Positions 42,867 to 53,616 of a stretch of 64,000 bases of DNA are shown here, piece after piece. A program made the translations under genes and the position numbers. A model generated the notes under the pieces. The model was not told where the DNA came from. It was given only the letters and a program-made list of their open reading frames with translations, and made no database searches. The DNA is from Pseudobdellovibrionaceae bacterium (GTDB lineage Bacteria > Bdellovibrionota > Bdellovibrionia > Bdellovibrionales > Bdellovibrionaceae). The stretch covers positions 21,929-85,928 of the forward strand of contig JBDHWW010000007.1 in assembly GCA_039810425.1 (NCBI GenBank), given 5' to 3'. Each line of letters starts with the position of its first letter. The stretch's first letter is position 1.

Positions 42867-44864
42867 TCACACCATTGCCTGAAGTTCTTCCCAAGAGATC
42901 ACTTTGACTCCGAGGGTTTGAGCCTTCTCTAATTTAGAGCCGGGGTCATCGCCGACCACCAGGTAATTTAACTTTGAAGAAACGGAGCCAAGAATTTTTC
43001 CACCATTATGCTCTATGAAATCTTTCGCATCGTCACGTTTGACCGGCAAGGTTCCGGTAATTAAGAAGCTGCTGCCAGACAGCCTTCCTGTGGTGGAGCG
43101 TTTTGGTGCTTCGAACTGCACACCTAGAGCCATCATTTCTTTAATATCTTTAACGAGCTTGGGATTGCTCAGCCATTCAAGAATAGCCTTTGCGACTTTC
43201 GGGCCGATCTCAGGCACTCGTAAGAGATCCTCTTCTTTTGCGCCCATGAAGTTTTCAACGGTGACAAAGTGATCGGCCACGTGCTTGGCCGTCTGCTCAC
43301 CGACAAAACGAATTCCGAGCGCAAAAATAAATCGAGCAAGCGTCGTGTGCTTACTGTTCTCCACGCTCTTAAGAATGTTTTCCACGGACTTTTCCCCTTG
43401 GCGCTCAAGGTCCAAAAGCTGTTCTTTCTTGAGACGGAAGAGATCGCTGAACTTCGTGACAAGCTGGGCATTAACCAGAGTCTCAATCAGCCGGTCGCCC
43501 ACCTTATCCATGTTCATCGCGCGACGGGCGACAAAGTGTTTCAGGGATTCTTTGACGATGGCGATGCAAAGCGGATTCGTACAGCGCGTGACAACTTCAC
43601 CTTCGAGCTTATGAACGCGGCTTCCGCAAGCAGGACACTTATTTGGGATCAAAAAAGGTTCAGAGCCCTTCGGGCGTTTGGACAAAACGACTTCAACAAC
43701 TTCTGGGATCACGTCACCGGCACGCTGAATGACCACGGTATCGCCGACGCGCACATCCTTGCGGTCGATTTCCTCTTGGTTGTGCAAAGTCGCATTTGTG
43801 ACCGTAACACCACCCACACGAACCGGAAGCATGATCGCGACAGGTGTCAGTGCGCCGGTTCTTCCGACCTGGACGTTGATGCTTTCAACAATCGTTTCGG
43901 CCTGTTCGGGCTTGAATTTCGCGGCGGTTGCCCAGCGCGGGCTTCTGGCAACGAGACCCAAGTCGTCTTGCAGACGGATGGAGTTGGCTTTAATCACGAT
44001 CCCATCAATATCAAAGGCCAGCTTTGGGCGGCCCTTTTCTATAAAGTGATAGTATTCAACAACAGCTTCCGCGCTTTCGCAAACGCGGATGAGTCCAGGA
44101 TTCAGAGTCTGTGCAGTTGGAATTCCAACTTTTGCGAAGTACTCGCCGATATCTGATTGGTTTTTGAACTCAACCCCATCGACCTCACCAAGCGCATAAG
44201 CGAAAAAACGCAAAGGGCGAGAGGCCGCTATCTTTGAATCGAGCTGACGAACCGTCCCGGCGGCGGCATTGCGGGGATTTGCAAAAGTCTGCTGACCGTT
44301 CTCTTGCTGTTGCTCGTTGAGTTTCGCGAAGTCGGCTTTAAACATTAAAACTTCGCCACGCACCTCCAGTAGGCGTGGCGGTTTTGCCATTTTAAGCTTC
44401 AGTGGAATGCTTTTGATTGTGCGGATGTTTTGGGTAACATCTTCACCAGTAGTGCCATCTCCGCGTGTAATTGCGCGGACCATATTACCGCTCTCATACA
44501 CGAGTTCCATTGACAAGCCATCAAACTTGGGTTCAACAAAGTACTCAATTTTCTGATCGCTTTTCAAAAATTTACGGAGACGCTGGTCGAAATCGACGAC
44601 ATCTTCGGGAGAGTAGCTATTTGCCAAGGAGAGCATGGGGCGGCGATGCGCCACCTTTTCGAAAACTGTAAGGGGCACGCCACCCACACGCTGCGAGGGA
44701 GAGTCGCTGAGGTCTAGTCCAGGTTCTTTCTCCTCAAGCTTAAGAAGTTCTGAGTAGAGCTGATCGTAGTCGTAGTCAGAAATAACCGGCTTGTCGAGAA
44801 CGTGATAGTTGTAGTCGTGTCCGGCAAGGATCTTCTTAAGCTCTTCGTGACGTTTCTTTGACAT
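42867..44864 (-). CDS. ligA: NAD-dependent DNA ligase
   Basis: EPKFDG adenylation motif, Zn finger, HhH, BRCT. Confidence 0.98.
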   Translation of the reverse strand: MSKKRHEELKKILAGHDYNYHVLDKPVISDYDYDQLYSELLKLEEKEPGLDLSDSPSQRVGGVPLTVFEKVAHRRPMLSLANSYSPEDVVDFDQRLRKFLKSDQKIEYFVEPKFDGLSMELVYESGNMVRAITRGDGTTGEDVTQNIRTIKSIPLKLKMAKPPRLLEVRGEVLMFKADFAKLNEQQQENGQQTFANPRNAAAGTVRQLDSKIAASRPLRFFAYALGEVDGVEFKNQSDIGEYFAKVGIPTAQTLNPGLIRVCESAEAVVEYYHFIEKGRPKLAFDIDGIVIKANSIRLQDDLGLVARSPRWATAAKFKPEQAETIVESINVQVGRTGALTPVAIMLPVRVGGVTVTNATLHNQEEIDRKDVRVGDTVVIQRAGDVIPEVVEVVLSKRPKGSEPFLIPNKCPACGSRVHKLEGEVVTRCTNPLCIAIVKESLKHFVARRAMNMDKVGDRLIETLVNAQLVTKFSDLFRLKKEQLLDLERQGEKSVENILKSVENSKHTTLARFIFALGIRFVGEQTAKHVADHFVTVENFMGAKEEDLLRVPEIGPKVAKAILEWLSNPKLVKDIKEMMALGVQFEAPKRSTTGRLSGSSFLITGTLPVKRDDAKDFIEHNGGKILGSVSSKLNYLVVGDDPGSKLEKAQTLGVKVISWEELQAMV

Positions 44865-44953
44865 GAGTTGATTTGTATCATGAGGTGGTTTGACTGTGAA
44901 AGGGATTTTGACTAGTTTAATATACTTGCACCTGCCTTAAGGAGCACCCCAAC

Positions 44954-45235
44954 ATGATCGATAAAAAGACCATAGAATACATCGCAAAATTGGCACGGCT
45001 TGAAATCACCGAGTCTGAGGCTAATGAGTACAGCCAGCAGCTCGGCAAAGCCCTCAGCCACTTTGATCAGATTTCGAAAATCGACACAAAAGGCATTGAG
45101 ACGCTTGTGACGCCAACAGAGATCGAAGAGTACTGGCGTGAAGATGTTGTAAAGCAAGAGTATTCCCCGGAAGAAATGACGGCAAATGCGCCAGCTAAAG
45201 CCGGCAACCTGTTTAAGGTTCCACCCGTAGTCTAA
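44954..45235 (+). CDS. gatC: Asp/Glu-tRNA amidotransferase subunit C
   Basis: IAKLARLEI, REDVV, NAP....FKVP. Confidence 0.93.
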   Translation: MIDKKTIEYIAKLARLEITESEANEYSQQLGKALSHFDQISKIDTKGIETLVTPTEIEEYWREDVVKQEYSPEEMTANAPAKAGNLFKVPPVV

Positions 45236-45243
45236 GGAATAAA

Positions 45244-46713
45244 ATGGATTTGATTAATGCCTCCATCACAGAAATTGCAAACGCGGTTCAGACAAAGAAA
45301 GCCAGCGCCAAAGAGGTAATGACTCAGTTCATGAAGCGCGCGGAGCGCCTCAACCCCAAATTGAATGCTTACACAAGTTTGAATAGCCATGCGATCAAAG
45401 AGGCCGAAGCCATTGATGTGCGTATAGCGAAGAATGAAGACGTCGGCAGGATGGCGGGCGTCCCATTCGGCATCAAAGAAATGTTCTGCACGAAAGGTCT
45501 CGTTACGAACGCGGGCTCAAAGATTTTGCAAAATTTTATTCCGCCCTACGATGCGACGGTTGTTGCGCGCTTGAAGAAAGCCGGAATCGTGATCACTGGC
45601 AAATTGAATCAGGATGAATTTGCGATGGGTTCATCTGGTGAAACCTCTTTTTATGGCGTGACTAAGAACCCATGGAATCTTGAACATGTTCCCGGCGGAT
45701 CCTCCAGCGGCTCAGCGGCCGCGCAAGCCGCGCGCATGTGTGCCGGAGCCCTGGGCACGGACACTGGCGGCTCGATTCGCCAGCCGGCAAGTTTCTGTGG
45801 AATTGTGGGTGTGAAACCAACTTATGGCCGTGTCAGCCGTTACGGCATTGTCGCTTATGCATCCTCATTGGATCAGGCGGGGCCGATGGTCAGCTCTGTC
45901 CAAGATGCGGCGCTGACCCTTGAAGTTATCAGTGGACATGACGAGATGGATTCAACAACAGCACAAAGAAAAGTGCCGGCGTACAGTAAAGAGCTTTCGG
46001 CAAATATGAAAGGCATGAAGGTTGGGCTGATTAAAGAATACACGCAAAGTGGTTTGCATTCGGACGTGCAAAGAACCTTGGATCAGGCGATTGCGGCGCT
46101 AAAATCGCAAGGCGCGGAGTTTGTTGAGATATCCATCCCAATGACAGAGTTTGCAGTTCCTGTTTACTATCTCGTGGCAGCCAGCGAAGCTTCAAGCAAT
46201 CTTGCCCGCTATGATGGTGTGAAGTACGGCTATCGCGCCGAGTTCCCGAATCTTTCTGCGGTGGATCTTCAAGAGTTCTATGGCAAAACCCGCGGCGAGG
46301 GATTTGGCAAAGAGGCGAAGCGTAGAATTATGCTTGGGACGTACTGTCTATCCAGTGGTTACTACGATGCTTACTATAATAAAGCCGGCCAAGTTCGTCG
46401 TATGATTATGAACCAATATCGTGACGCTTTTCAAAAATGTGATGTGATTTTGAGTCCCGTGACAGCATCACCCGCCTTTAAAATTGGCGAAAGGATTTCT
46501 GATCCACTCACGATGTATTTAAATGATATTTTCACCACCTCCACGAACTTAGCAGGCCTTCCAGGCATGAGCGTTCCGTTTGGAATGTCGGCAAAGGGTT
46601 TACCTATCGGTGTGCAATTGACCGGTGCCCACTTCGACGAGCAAAAAATACTAAATGTCGGATACGCCTTGGAAGGCGCTTCCACCGTGAAAGGTCATGC
46701 GCCAAATGTATAG
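45244..46713 (+). CDS. gatA: Asp/Glu-tRNA amidotransferase subunit A
   Basis: Amidase signature GGSSSGS, DTGGSIRQPA, SNLARYDG. Confidence 0.97.
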   Translation: MDLINASITEIANAVQTKKASAKEVMTQFMKRAERLNPKLNAYTSLNSHAIKEAEAIDVRIAKNEDVGRMAGVPFGIKEMFCTKGLVTNAGSKILQNFIPPYDATVVARLKKAGIVITGKLNQDEFAMGSSGETSFYGVTKNPWNLEHVPGGSSSGSAAAQAARMCAGALGTDTGGSIRQPASFCGIVGVKPTYGRVSRYGIVAYASSLDQAGPMVSSVQDAALTLEVISGHDEMDSTTAQRKVPAYSKELSANMKGMKVGLIKEYTQSGLHSDVQRTLDQAIAALKSQGAEFVEISIPMTEFAVPVYYLVAASEASSNLARYDGVKYGYRAEFPNLSAVDLQEFYGKTRGEGFGKEAKRRIMLGTYCLSSGYYDAYYNKAGQVRRMIMNQYRDAFQKCDVILSPVTASPAFKIGERISDPLTMYLNDIFTTSTNLAGLPGMSVPFGMSAKGLPIGVQLTGAHFDEQKILNVGYALEGASTVKGHAPNV

Positions 46714-48136
46714 AGGGTACGAGGCCGTTATTGGCATTGAAATTCACATTCAACTAAACACCGCCAGCAAAATCTTTTGCGCGGATGCCACGCAATTTAT
46801 GGCAGGCGATAATGAAAATACATCGCCCGTCAGCGTGGGAATGCCAGGCACTTTGCCGGTGATGAATCGTCGTGCTGTGGAGTTTGCAATTAAAACGGGA
46901 TTAGCGCTTGGTTGCAATATCCGTAAAAAATCCATTTTTGCGCGTAAAAATTACTTCTATCCTGATTTGCCAAAAGGCTACCAGATTTCTCAGTATGATC
47001 AGCCGATTTGTGAAAACGGAACGATCACTTTTAAAGTCGGCGATCAAAGTAAAACGGTCCACATTGCGCGCGCCCATTTAGAAGAAGATGCGGGGAAATC
47101 GAGTCACTTAGGAGATTTCACGATGATTAACTACAATCGTGCGGGCATTCCCCTTCTTGAGGTTGTGACGGGCCCGGATTTGCGTACGCCACAAGAAGCC
47201 GCCGAGTATGGTCGCACCATTCGCCAGATTGTCCGTTACCTCGGCGTATGTGATGGAAACTTGGAAGAAGGGTCGATGCGCTGCGATTGCAACGTGAGCG
47301 TGCGTAAAATCGGTGATCCAAAATTGGGAACGCGAACGGAGCTTAAAAATATCAACTCATTCCGTTTCGTTGAAAAAGCCATCGAGTATGAAATTGAAAG
47401 GCAAATCGACGTGGTTGAGCGTGGTGAAAAGGTTATTCAGGAAACCCGTTTGTGGGATCCCGACAAAAACAAAACATTCACCATGCGAAGCAAAGAAGAA
47501 GCCCAAGACTATCGCTACTTCCCGGACCCGGATCTTTTGCCGTTGGTCGTGAGCGATGAGCTTATCAGTAAAATGAAAGCTGCTCTGCCGGAGCTGCCGA
47601 TTGCCAGAAAGAACCGGTTCGTTTCAGCTCACGGTTTACCGGAGCACGATTCGGAGGTCCTTACTTCAGAAAAAGACTTGGCTGATTTCTATGAAGAAAC
47701 CGCTAAAGTCAGCAAGAACTATAAAAGCAGTGCGAACTGGATCATGACAGAAGTGATTCGCGAATTAAACGATACTAAACTTGAAATCAAGGATTCGCCG
47801 GTCAAACCGACCCAGTTGGGACAGTTGATCGCCCTGATTGACAAGGGTACCATTTCGGGAAAAATCGCCAAAACAGTTTTCTCTGAGATGTGGAGGACTG
47901 GCAAAGAGCCTGAGGTTATCATCAAAGAAAAAGGTTTTGTGCAAGTTTCAGATCCGGCGGCGATCGAAAAGATCGTCGACGAGATCCTTGCGGCGAACAC
48001 TCAGCAAGTCGAGGGTTATAAATCTGGTAAAGCGAATTTGTTTGGATTTTTCGTGGGCGCCGTTATGAAGGCTTCAAAGGGTCAAGCAAATCCCGACGTG
48101 GTTAACCAAATTTTACAAAAGAAACTGAACGGATAG
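46706..48136 (+). CDS. gatB: Asp/Glu-tRNA amidotransferase subunit B
   Basis: IGIEIH, RKNYFYPDLPKGYQISQ, DYRYFP. Confidence 0.97.
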   Translation: MYRGYEAVIGIEIHIQLNTASKIFCADATQFMAGDNENTSPVSVGMPGTLPVMNRRAVEFAIKTGLALGCNIRKKSIFARKNYFYPDLPKGYQISQYDQPICENGTITFKVGDQSKTVHIARAHLEEDAGKSSHLGDFTMINYNRAGIPLLEVVTGPDLRTPQEAAEYGRTIRQIVRYLGVCDGNLEEGSMRCDCNVSVRKIGDPKLGTRTELKNINSFRFVEKAIEYEIERQIDVVERGEKVIQETRLWDPDKNKTFTMRSKEEAQDYRYFPDPDLLPLVVSDELISKMKAALPELPIARKNRFVSAHGLPEHDSEVLTSEKDLADFYEETAKVSKNYKSSANWIMTEVIRELNDTKLEIKDSPVKPTQLGQLIALIDKGTISGKIAKTVFSEMWRTGKEPEVIIKEKGFVQVSDPAAIEKIVDEILAANTQQVEGYKSGKANLFGFFVGAVMKASKGQANPDVVNQILQKKLNG

Positions 48137-48138
48137 CT

Positions 48139-49053
48139 ATGAAAGTCGCCGCTCTTGATCTTGGAACAAACACTTTTCTTTGCCTTATTGTCGAGGGGGA
48201 CAAATCCGGGATCCAGAGAATCCTATCCGATCAGGCAAAAGTCGTGCGCTTAGGCCAGGGGGTTGATAAGACCGGCGCTTTTAACCCAGATGCGCTTGTT
48301 CGTGCAAGAACGTGCCTTGCGGAGTTTAAAAAGGAAATCGACCGACAGGGCGTCGACCGCATTCTTGCGATGGCAACCTCTGCGGCCCGCGATGCTTCAA
48401 ATGGCAAAGAACTTTTTAAAATTGGCGAAGACCTGGGCGTTCCCATTGAAATTATCCCCGGTGCTGACGAAGCTCGCATGACGTTTGCGGGCGCAACAGA
48501 AGGGAGTATTCGGGGCAAAGACAACTGCATTGTGATTGATGTGGGTGGCGGCTCGACGGAGTTTATTGTCGGTAACTCAGAGAAGCTTCATTTTGCAAAA
48601 AGCCTCAATATCGGTTGCGTACGAATGACTGAGAAATATATTACAGCGCAGCCGCTTTCGCAGAAGGAACGAATCTTTGTCGAAGAGGTTGTCGATAAGC
48701 AGCTACGCACGATTGCAGATGAAATCAACAAGTATCCGGCCGAAGAAGTTCTCGCGGTTGCTGGAACCCCATCGGCGATTGCTGTTGCTGAACTGGGCGG
48801 AAGGTTTGATCCGGACAAAGTTCACGGGTTCACTCTCGATCAGGAGAAACTCCAAAAATGGTGTGATACCCTTGCCAACACCACTGTCCAGGAAAAGATT
48901 GATAGGTACAAAATTGAAGCTGGGCGGGCGGACGTTTTATTTGTTGGCGCGACGATTCTTCATCAGTTTTTATTGCAGTTAAATAAACCCTCCATGAAAG
49001 TATCTATTAAAGGAGTGCGCTATGGGGTCGCCTTGGAAGCTCTTCGCCGCTAG
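48139..49053 (+). CDS. ppx: Ppx/GppA-family exopolyphosphatase (short form)
   Basis: DLGTN, ATSAARDA.N, DVGGGSTE, GVRYG. Confidence 0.9.
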   Translation: MKVAALDLGTNTFLCLIVEGDKSGIQRILSDQAKVVRLGQGVDKTGAFNPDALVRARTCLAEFKKEIDRQGVDRILAMATSAARDASNGKELFKIGEDLGVPIEIIPGADEARMTFAGATEGSIRGKDNCIVIDVGGGSTEFIVGNSEKLHFAKSLNIGCVRMTEKYITAQPLSQKERIFVEEVVDKQLRTIADEINKYPAEEVLAVAGTPSAIAVAELGGRFDPDKVHGFTLDQEKLQKWCDTLANTTVQEKIDRYKIEAGRADVLFVGATILHQFLLQLNKPSMKVSIKGVRYGVALEALRR

Positions 49054-49495
49054 TTTAGTTATTTGGTCTGCTGCCCAGGCACAAAAGGTCCCTGCGGCTA
49101 GGCAGAGCGTGACTTTTAAAAAAGAAAAAATCACCTTGGCGGGGAAAACAATCCCCGTCGAAGTCGCGGAAACTGGTGAGCAACACGAACACGGTTTGAT
49201 GTACAGAAGCAGCCTGCCTGAGAATGAGGGAATGATTTTTATTTTTGGTGAAGAAGGCATTCGTCATTTTTGGATGAAGAACACCTATATAGACTTAAGT
49301 ATTGGTTACTTCGATAAAGATAAGGCGCTGGTCGATATTCAAGAGATGAAGGCGACCAGCATGATGGAAACTAGACCTCCGTCGTACCCTAGTGCCAAGC
49401 CCGCAATGTATGCGCTCGAGATGAATAAGGGTTGGTTTGCAAAAAATAAAGTAAAACTCGGCCAGAAGTTTCAATTTTCCACGCGCCGACAATAG
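49022..49495 (+). CDS. DUF192-family protein
   Basis: VEVA....E.GLMYR...GMIF...FWMKNT..ALEMN.G. Confidence 0.88.
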   Translation: MGSPWKLFAASLVIWSAAQAQKVPAARQSVTFKKEKITLAGKTIPVEVAETGEQHEHGLMYRSSLPENEGMIFIFGEEGIRHFWMKNTYIDLSIGYFDKDKALVDIQEMKATSMMETRPPSYPSAKPAMYALEMNKGWFAKNKVKLGQKFQFSTRRQ

Positions 49496-49622
49496 TCTAG
49501 ATGCCTTCGCCCTTCAACTAGGTCCGGCCATAAATTATTTGCAAGGCACCATTCTTATGTTTAAATCAAGATAGATTATTTTTGAAACAGAACGTTTCAG
49601 CGCATTAATCAAGGATGAATAT

Positions 49623-50939
49623 ATGTTGAAAAAGTTTGTTGTAATTCTGGCCTGCCTAGGAGTTCTCCAACTCACTAGCTGCACGTCGAAAGACTCAAAG
49701 GAAGACGGCGGCGAAGAAATGGCCATTGATGCAGCGGCCGCAGACTCTGCAGAAGTTGAAAAAGTTGAGGGCGAACAAAGCCTTGATATCGCAGCGGATG
49801 ACTCCTCAGCCTCACTTTCCAACGAAGCCCTTCCAGAAGATGCACTTGGCGACGCTCCACCTCCAGACACAGCGGCGGCCCCTAATATCGAAGACAATCC
49901 ATTGACTGAGTCTACTCCAGCGGAACCCCCTCCGGTTGTAGATACTCTTCCTCCAGATACGTTGGGTGATTCTGTCGCTGATAGTGCTCCGCCAGTCATG
50001 GAGACAAATGAACCTGTTCATGAAACAAAAAGTGTAAGCAGCAGCGCTTCTGTTGAGGCCCCTTCAGAGGAAGCTCCGAAGCCACTACCGTCTTACCGCA
50101 AAGTGGAACACACTCCTTGGAAAGAAGGCGGCAAGATCTTGAACACGGTGTACGTTGCGCGTGATGGTGACTCATGGGCCAGTGTCAGCTCGATGATCTA
50201 CGGAGTTGAAAAGCCCGGCGATTTGAAAAAGATGAATCCCGCGATTAAAGGGCGTAAGTTGAAAGTGGGCGATAAGGTGTATTACAACTCCCCACACCGT
50301 CCTGACGATGAGACACAAGTCCTTACTTATTACGCTGACAGTGGTATTGCTCCGGAAGTGTATATCGCGAAAAGCGGAGATAATTTGAAAAGAGTTGCAA
50401 AAGAACTTTTCGGTTCTGAACAGGGCTGGAAAGAGCTTTATGCTACGAATGATTTTGAATCTAAAAGCGCATTGGATGAAGGTACACAGATTAAGTACTG
50501 GAGAACGGTAGCTGCAACACCGAAGACTGAAGTTGCGGTGGCACCTCCTCCAGCTCCACCGGTGGACATGCCACCGCCGCCCCCGTCGGCGGATATGCCA
50601 CCACCAGACATGCCACCACCACCACCACCGGCGGATATGGGCGTGCACGACATGGCTCCGCCACCACCACCACCGGCGGATATAGGTGCGCACGAAATGG
50701 CTCCCCCACCACCACCACCACCGCCGGTTGAAGTAGCGGCTCCGCCACCACCGCCACCTCCCATGGCAAAACAACACAAAGCAGATGAAGCTGCTGGTGC
50801 AAGTCCTCTCGAGGACGATCAGATGACAACATTGGCCGGCGGCGCAGTCCTTGCCGTAGCCCTGGCTCTCTTTATGATTATGAGAAGACGTCGGAAGAAA
50901 GAGTTAGAACAAGCCATCCAAGATACCCAAGTTGGCTAA
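49623..50939 (+). CDS. Lipoprotein with two LysM-like domains, polyproline linker and C-terminal TM anchor
   Basis: Lipobox LTSC; YVARDGDSW..VS and YIAKSGDNL..VA LysM-like starts; Pro runs; C-terminal hydrophobic helix + RRRRKK. Confidence 0.75.
   Translation: MLKKFVVILACLGVLQLTSCTSKDSKEDGGEEMAIDAAAADSAEVEKVEGEQSLDIAADDSSASLSNEALPEDALGDAPPPDTAAAPNIEDNPLTESTPAEPPPVVDTLPPDTLGDSVADSAPPVMETNEPVHETKSVSSSASVEAPSEEAPKPLPSYRKVEHTPWKEGGKILNTVYVARDGDSWASVSSMIYGVEKPGDLKKMNPAIKGRKLKVGDKVYYNSPHRPDDETQVLTYYADSGIAPEVYIAKSGDNLKRVAKELFGSEQGWKELYATNDFESKSALDEGTQIKYWRTVAATPKTEVAVAPPPAPPVDMPPPPPSADMPPPDMPPPPPPADMGVHDMAPPPPPPADIGAHEMAPPPPPPPPVEVAAPPPPPPPMAKQHKADEAAGASPLEDDQMTTLAGGAVLAVALALFMIMRRRRKKELEQAIQDTQVG
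50540..50763 (+). repeat. Coding low-complexity CCN repeat (xM-A-Pn units)
   Basis: Repeated CCACCACCACCGGCGGATAT units encoding polyproline. Confidence 0.85.
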
Positions 50940-50941
50940 AG

Positions 50942-51014
50942 AAAAAGGGTCCCACGGGACCTTTTTTTCTATTTGGCATAAGAAAAAAGAAAAGGGCCAT
51001 TGATGGCCCTTTTT
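50942..51014. terminator. Two back-to-back terminator hairpins between convergent genes
   Basis: GGTCCC-AC-GGGACC + T7 (50942-50968) and AAAAGGGCCAT/ATGGCCCTTTT (50990-51014). Confidence 0.8.
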
Positions 51015-51038
51015 AAATCCAAAGGTGAAGCCGAAATC

Positions 51039-51404
51039 TTAAGATACTTTCTTAAAGATCTTATCAAGAACATCGCGACGACCATCGCGGTTATTTTCAA
51101 CGAAATAGATTAAGTCATCAACAATTTGAACATCGCGATTGTTCGTAGGTATAAACTTGATCCCGCAACCAAGTGAGTTGCACCAGACAACGGCTGCTGC
51201 AATTTTTCTTTCACGACCGCTCACTACGAATCGTAAATGGAGCTTTTCATTCGCACGGAAGGACTCTCCGCGGAACTCAAGGAAGGCTCCAGAAAGGCTA
51301 ATGTTCTTCAACGTGCCTCTCACTTCCTCACGGGCGTAATTTCTCTTAAAACCAACCTCTAAATATAGAGGCGTCCGTGGAGCCGGTTGTTTAATTGTGT
51401 CCAC
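51039..51404 (-). CDS. Single-domain PilZ protein
   Basis: QPAPR and NISLSG motifs, V.W.N..G.GI.F; GTG start with AAGGAG RBS. Confidence 0.85.
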   Translation of the reverse strand: MDTIKQPAPRTPLYLEVGFKRNYAREEVRGTLKNISLSGAFLEFRGESFRANEKLHLRFVVSGRERKIAAAVVWCNSLGCGIKFIPTNNRDVQIVDDLIYFVENNRDGRRDVLDKIFKKVS

Positions 51405-51447
51405 ATTTATCTCCTTTGGTAGTTCCTAGGCTAAGTGTGTGTATTTA

Positions 51448-51475
51448 GTATCGGATTTTGTCCGCAAAAACTGTA
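51448..51475 (-). promoter_or_regulatory. Putative sigma28 (FliA)-type promoter for the PilZ gene
   Basis: Minus strand TACAG-N15-TCCGATAC; same spacing as the site at 19263. Confidence 0.5.
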
Positions 51476-51811
51476 GGTCCAGCCGAGTACGGGCTTTTTT
51501 GCAGAAGCGGGCGTCTCATTTTGAGCGTCTCATAAGTGATCTATCTACGTGAAAAGACATGAAAAAACCTAAACAAAAAAGGCCTTTAGAATAGATTTTA
51601 GATATTTGCAGACAGAAATGATAGCTGGATTTTCCGTTGACAAAACTAGACCCCTTCGTCAAATTGAAAGGGAACTCAAATAATATCAAAGCTCGAACCT
51701 TGAGCCCAATTCTGTATCTCTAACGAGACCTAAACCATAAATTCATTCATAAATTTAAAATTTATCTAAATTTCAAAATATATCTGAAAATCGAATACTA
51801 AGGAGTAAAGT

Positions 51812-53554
51812 TTGTCAGACCCAAAAGATTCGCAAAACGTTGAGCTTGTTAAAAAGCGTCCTACCCGTGCCAAGGCAAAAGCCGAGACCGAAGCGGCCGC
51901 TCCAGAAGCAGCACCCGTTGAAACGCCCCCTGCCGCAGAAGCTCCAGTCCAAGCAGCGGCCTCGCCGGAAACCACCGCTTCAGAAAATGTCCCGCAACAA
52001 AGAGATCATCGCGAACACCGTGATCATCGAGACAACCGCGGTGGCGGTGACCGTGGAGAGCGAAACAATAATCAACACCGCAGATTTGATAATAAAAATA
52101 GAGACAACCGCGGTGGTGGCGGACACAGACACCAGCAAAATGGCGGCGGCCAGCGTCGTGATAACTTCCAGAAATATGATAACCGCGATCGCGGGCCTCG
52201 CCACGACGATCTTGGACCTCAAGACGAGCAATCAGCCAGTCAAAACAATATCGAAGTCGATCTCGCAGATATCAATCTGAGCGACGAGGAGAAAAGCTGG
52301 CTCAACTCCAAAGACCTTAAATCGAAAAACATCCAGCAGCTCACGGACCTTGCCTTGAAGTTGAAAATTGAAAATGCGGCCGGCATGCGCCGTCAGGATA
52401 TGATTTTCGAAATCCTGAAGCGTGCGGCGAAGCTCGGTCAGGACATTTACGGCTCTGGCGTTCTTGAAATCTTGCCGGATGGCTATGGTTTCTTACGTTC
52501 GCCAGACTACAACTATCTTCCAGGTCCAGATGATATCTATGTAAGCCCATCACAAATCCGCCGATTCGGTCTTCGCACCGGTGATACCGTGACTGGGACG
52601 GTTCGCCCGCCAAAAGACGGCGAAAGATACTTTGCACTTTTGAAAGTAGATTCTCTCAATTTCGAGACGACTGAAAAAGGTAAAGACAAAATCCTTTTCG
52701 ATAACTTGACGCCGCTTTATCCGAATGAGCGTTTGAGACTTGAACACAACCCAGCCGATAATACGACTCGCGTTGTGGATTTGATGGCTCCGCTGGGCAA
52801 GGGCCAGCGCGCCTTGATCGTTGCTCCGCCAAGAACGGGCAAAACAGTTCTCATGCAACACATCGCCAATGCAATCACGACAAATCACCCGGAAGTGAAG
52901 CTCATCGTTCTTCTGATCGATGAACGTCCTGAAGAGGTGACTGACATGCAACGGACAGTTAAAGGCGAAGTGATTTCGTCTACATTTGACGAGCCACCAA
53001 CTCGTCACGTTCAGGTTGCGGAAATGGTTATCGAAAAAGCAAAGCGTCTCGTAGAACACAAACACGACGTGGTGATTCTTCTCGACTCTATCACGCGCTT
53101 GGCTCGTGCTTACAATACGGTGGTTCCGCCATCTGGTAAGATCTTGTCGGGTGGTGTTGACTCCAATGCTTTACACAAACCAAAACGCTTCTTCGGCGCG
53201 GCCCGCAATATCGAAGAAGGAGGCTCTTTGACAATCATCGCAACAGCGCTCGTGGATACAGGTTCTCGTATGGACGAGGTTATTTTCGAGGAGTTTAAAG
53301 GTACGGGTAATGCTGAAATCCATTTGGATCGCAAGCTGATGGAAAAACGCATCTTCCCTTGCATGGACATCAACAAATCCGGCACTCGTAAAGAAGATTT
53401 GCTGATCGACAAGGGCGACTTGAATCGCCTGTGGATCCTGAGAAAAGTTTTGGCACCAATGAATCCTATCGACGCGATGGAATTCTTGATCGACAAAGTT
53501 CAGGCCACAAAAACAAACGGCGACTTCCTAAAAGCCATGTCAGGCAACGGTTAA
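51812..53554 (+). CDS. rho: Transcription termination factor Rho with long low-complexity N-terminal extension
   Basis: [38 protein letters not shown] start with AAGGAG RBS. Confidence 0.97.
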   Translation: MSDPKDSQNVELVKKRPTRAKAKAETEAAAPEAAPVETPPAAEAPVQAAASPETTASENVPQQRDHREHRDHRDNRGGGDRGERNNNQHRRFDNKNRDNRGGGGHRHQQNGGGQRRDNFQKYDNRDRGPRHDDLGPQDEQSASQNNIEVDLADINLSDEEKSWLNSKDLKSKNIQQLTDLALKLKIENAAGMRRQDMIFEILKRAAKLGQDIYGSGVLEILPDGYGFLRSPDYNYLPGPDDIYVSPSQIRRFGLRTGDTVTGTVRPPKDGERYFALLKVDSLNFETTEKGKDKILFDNLTPLYPNERLRLEHNPADNTTRVVDLMAPLGKGQRALIVAPPRTGKTVLMQHIANAITTNHPEVKLIVLLIDERPEEVTDMQRTVKGEVISSTFDEPPTRHVQVAEMVIEKAKRLVEHKHDVVILLDSITRLARAYNTVVPPSGKILSGGVDSNALHKPKRFFGAARNIEEGGSLTIIATALVDTGSRMDEVIFEEFKGTGNAEIHLDRKLMEKRIFPCMDINKSGTRKEDLLIDKGDLNRLWILRKVLAPMNPIDAMEFLIDKVQATKTNGDFLKAMSGNG

Positions 53555-53585
53555 AGGTACGCCGTACCTTTTTCGGATGCACCGC

Positions 53586-53616
53586 AAAAAGCCGCTCCTC
53601 CGTGAGCGGCTTTTTT
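53586..53616 (+). terminator. Intrinsic terminator after rho
   Basis: AAAAAGCCGCTC/GAGCGGCTTTTTT. Confidence 0.85.

Noticed and set aside
50172..50832. Trp/Arg-, Gly- and Val-rich minus-strand ORFs
   Set aside because: Reverse complement of the polyproline CCN repeat
51637..51665. TTGACA as the rho sigma70 promoter
   Set aside because: No convincing -10 hexamer at 16-18 bp
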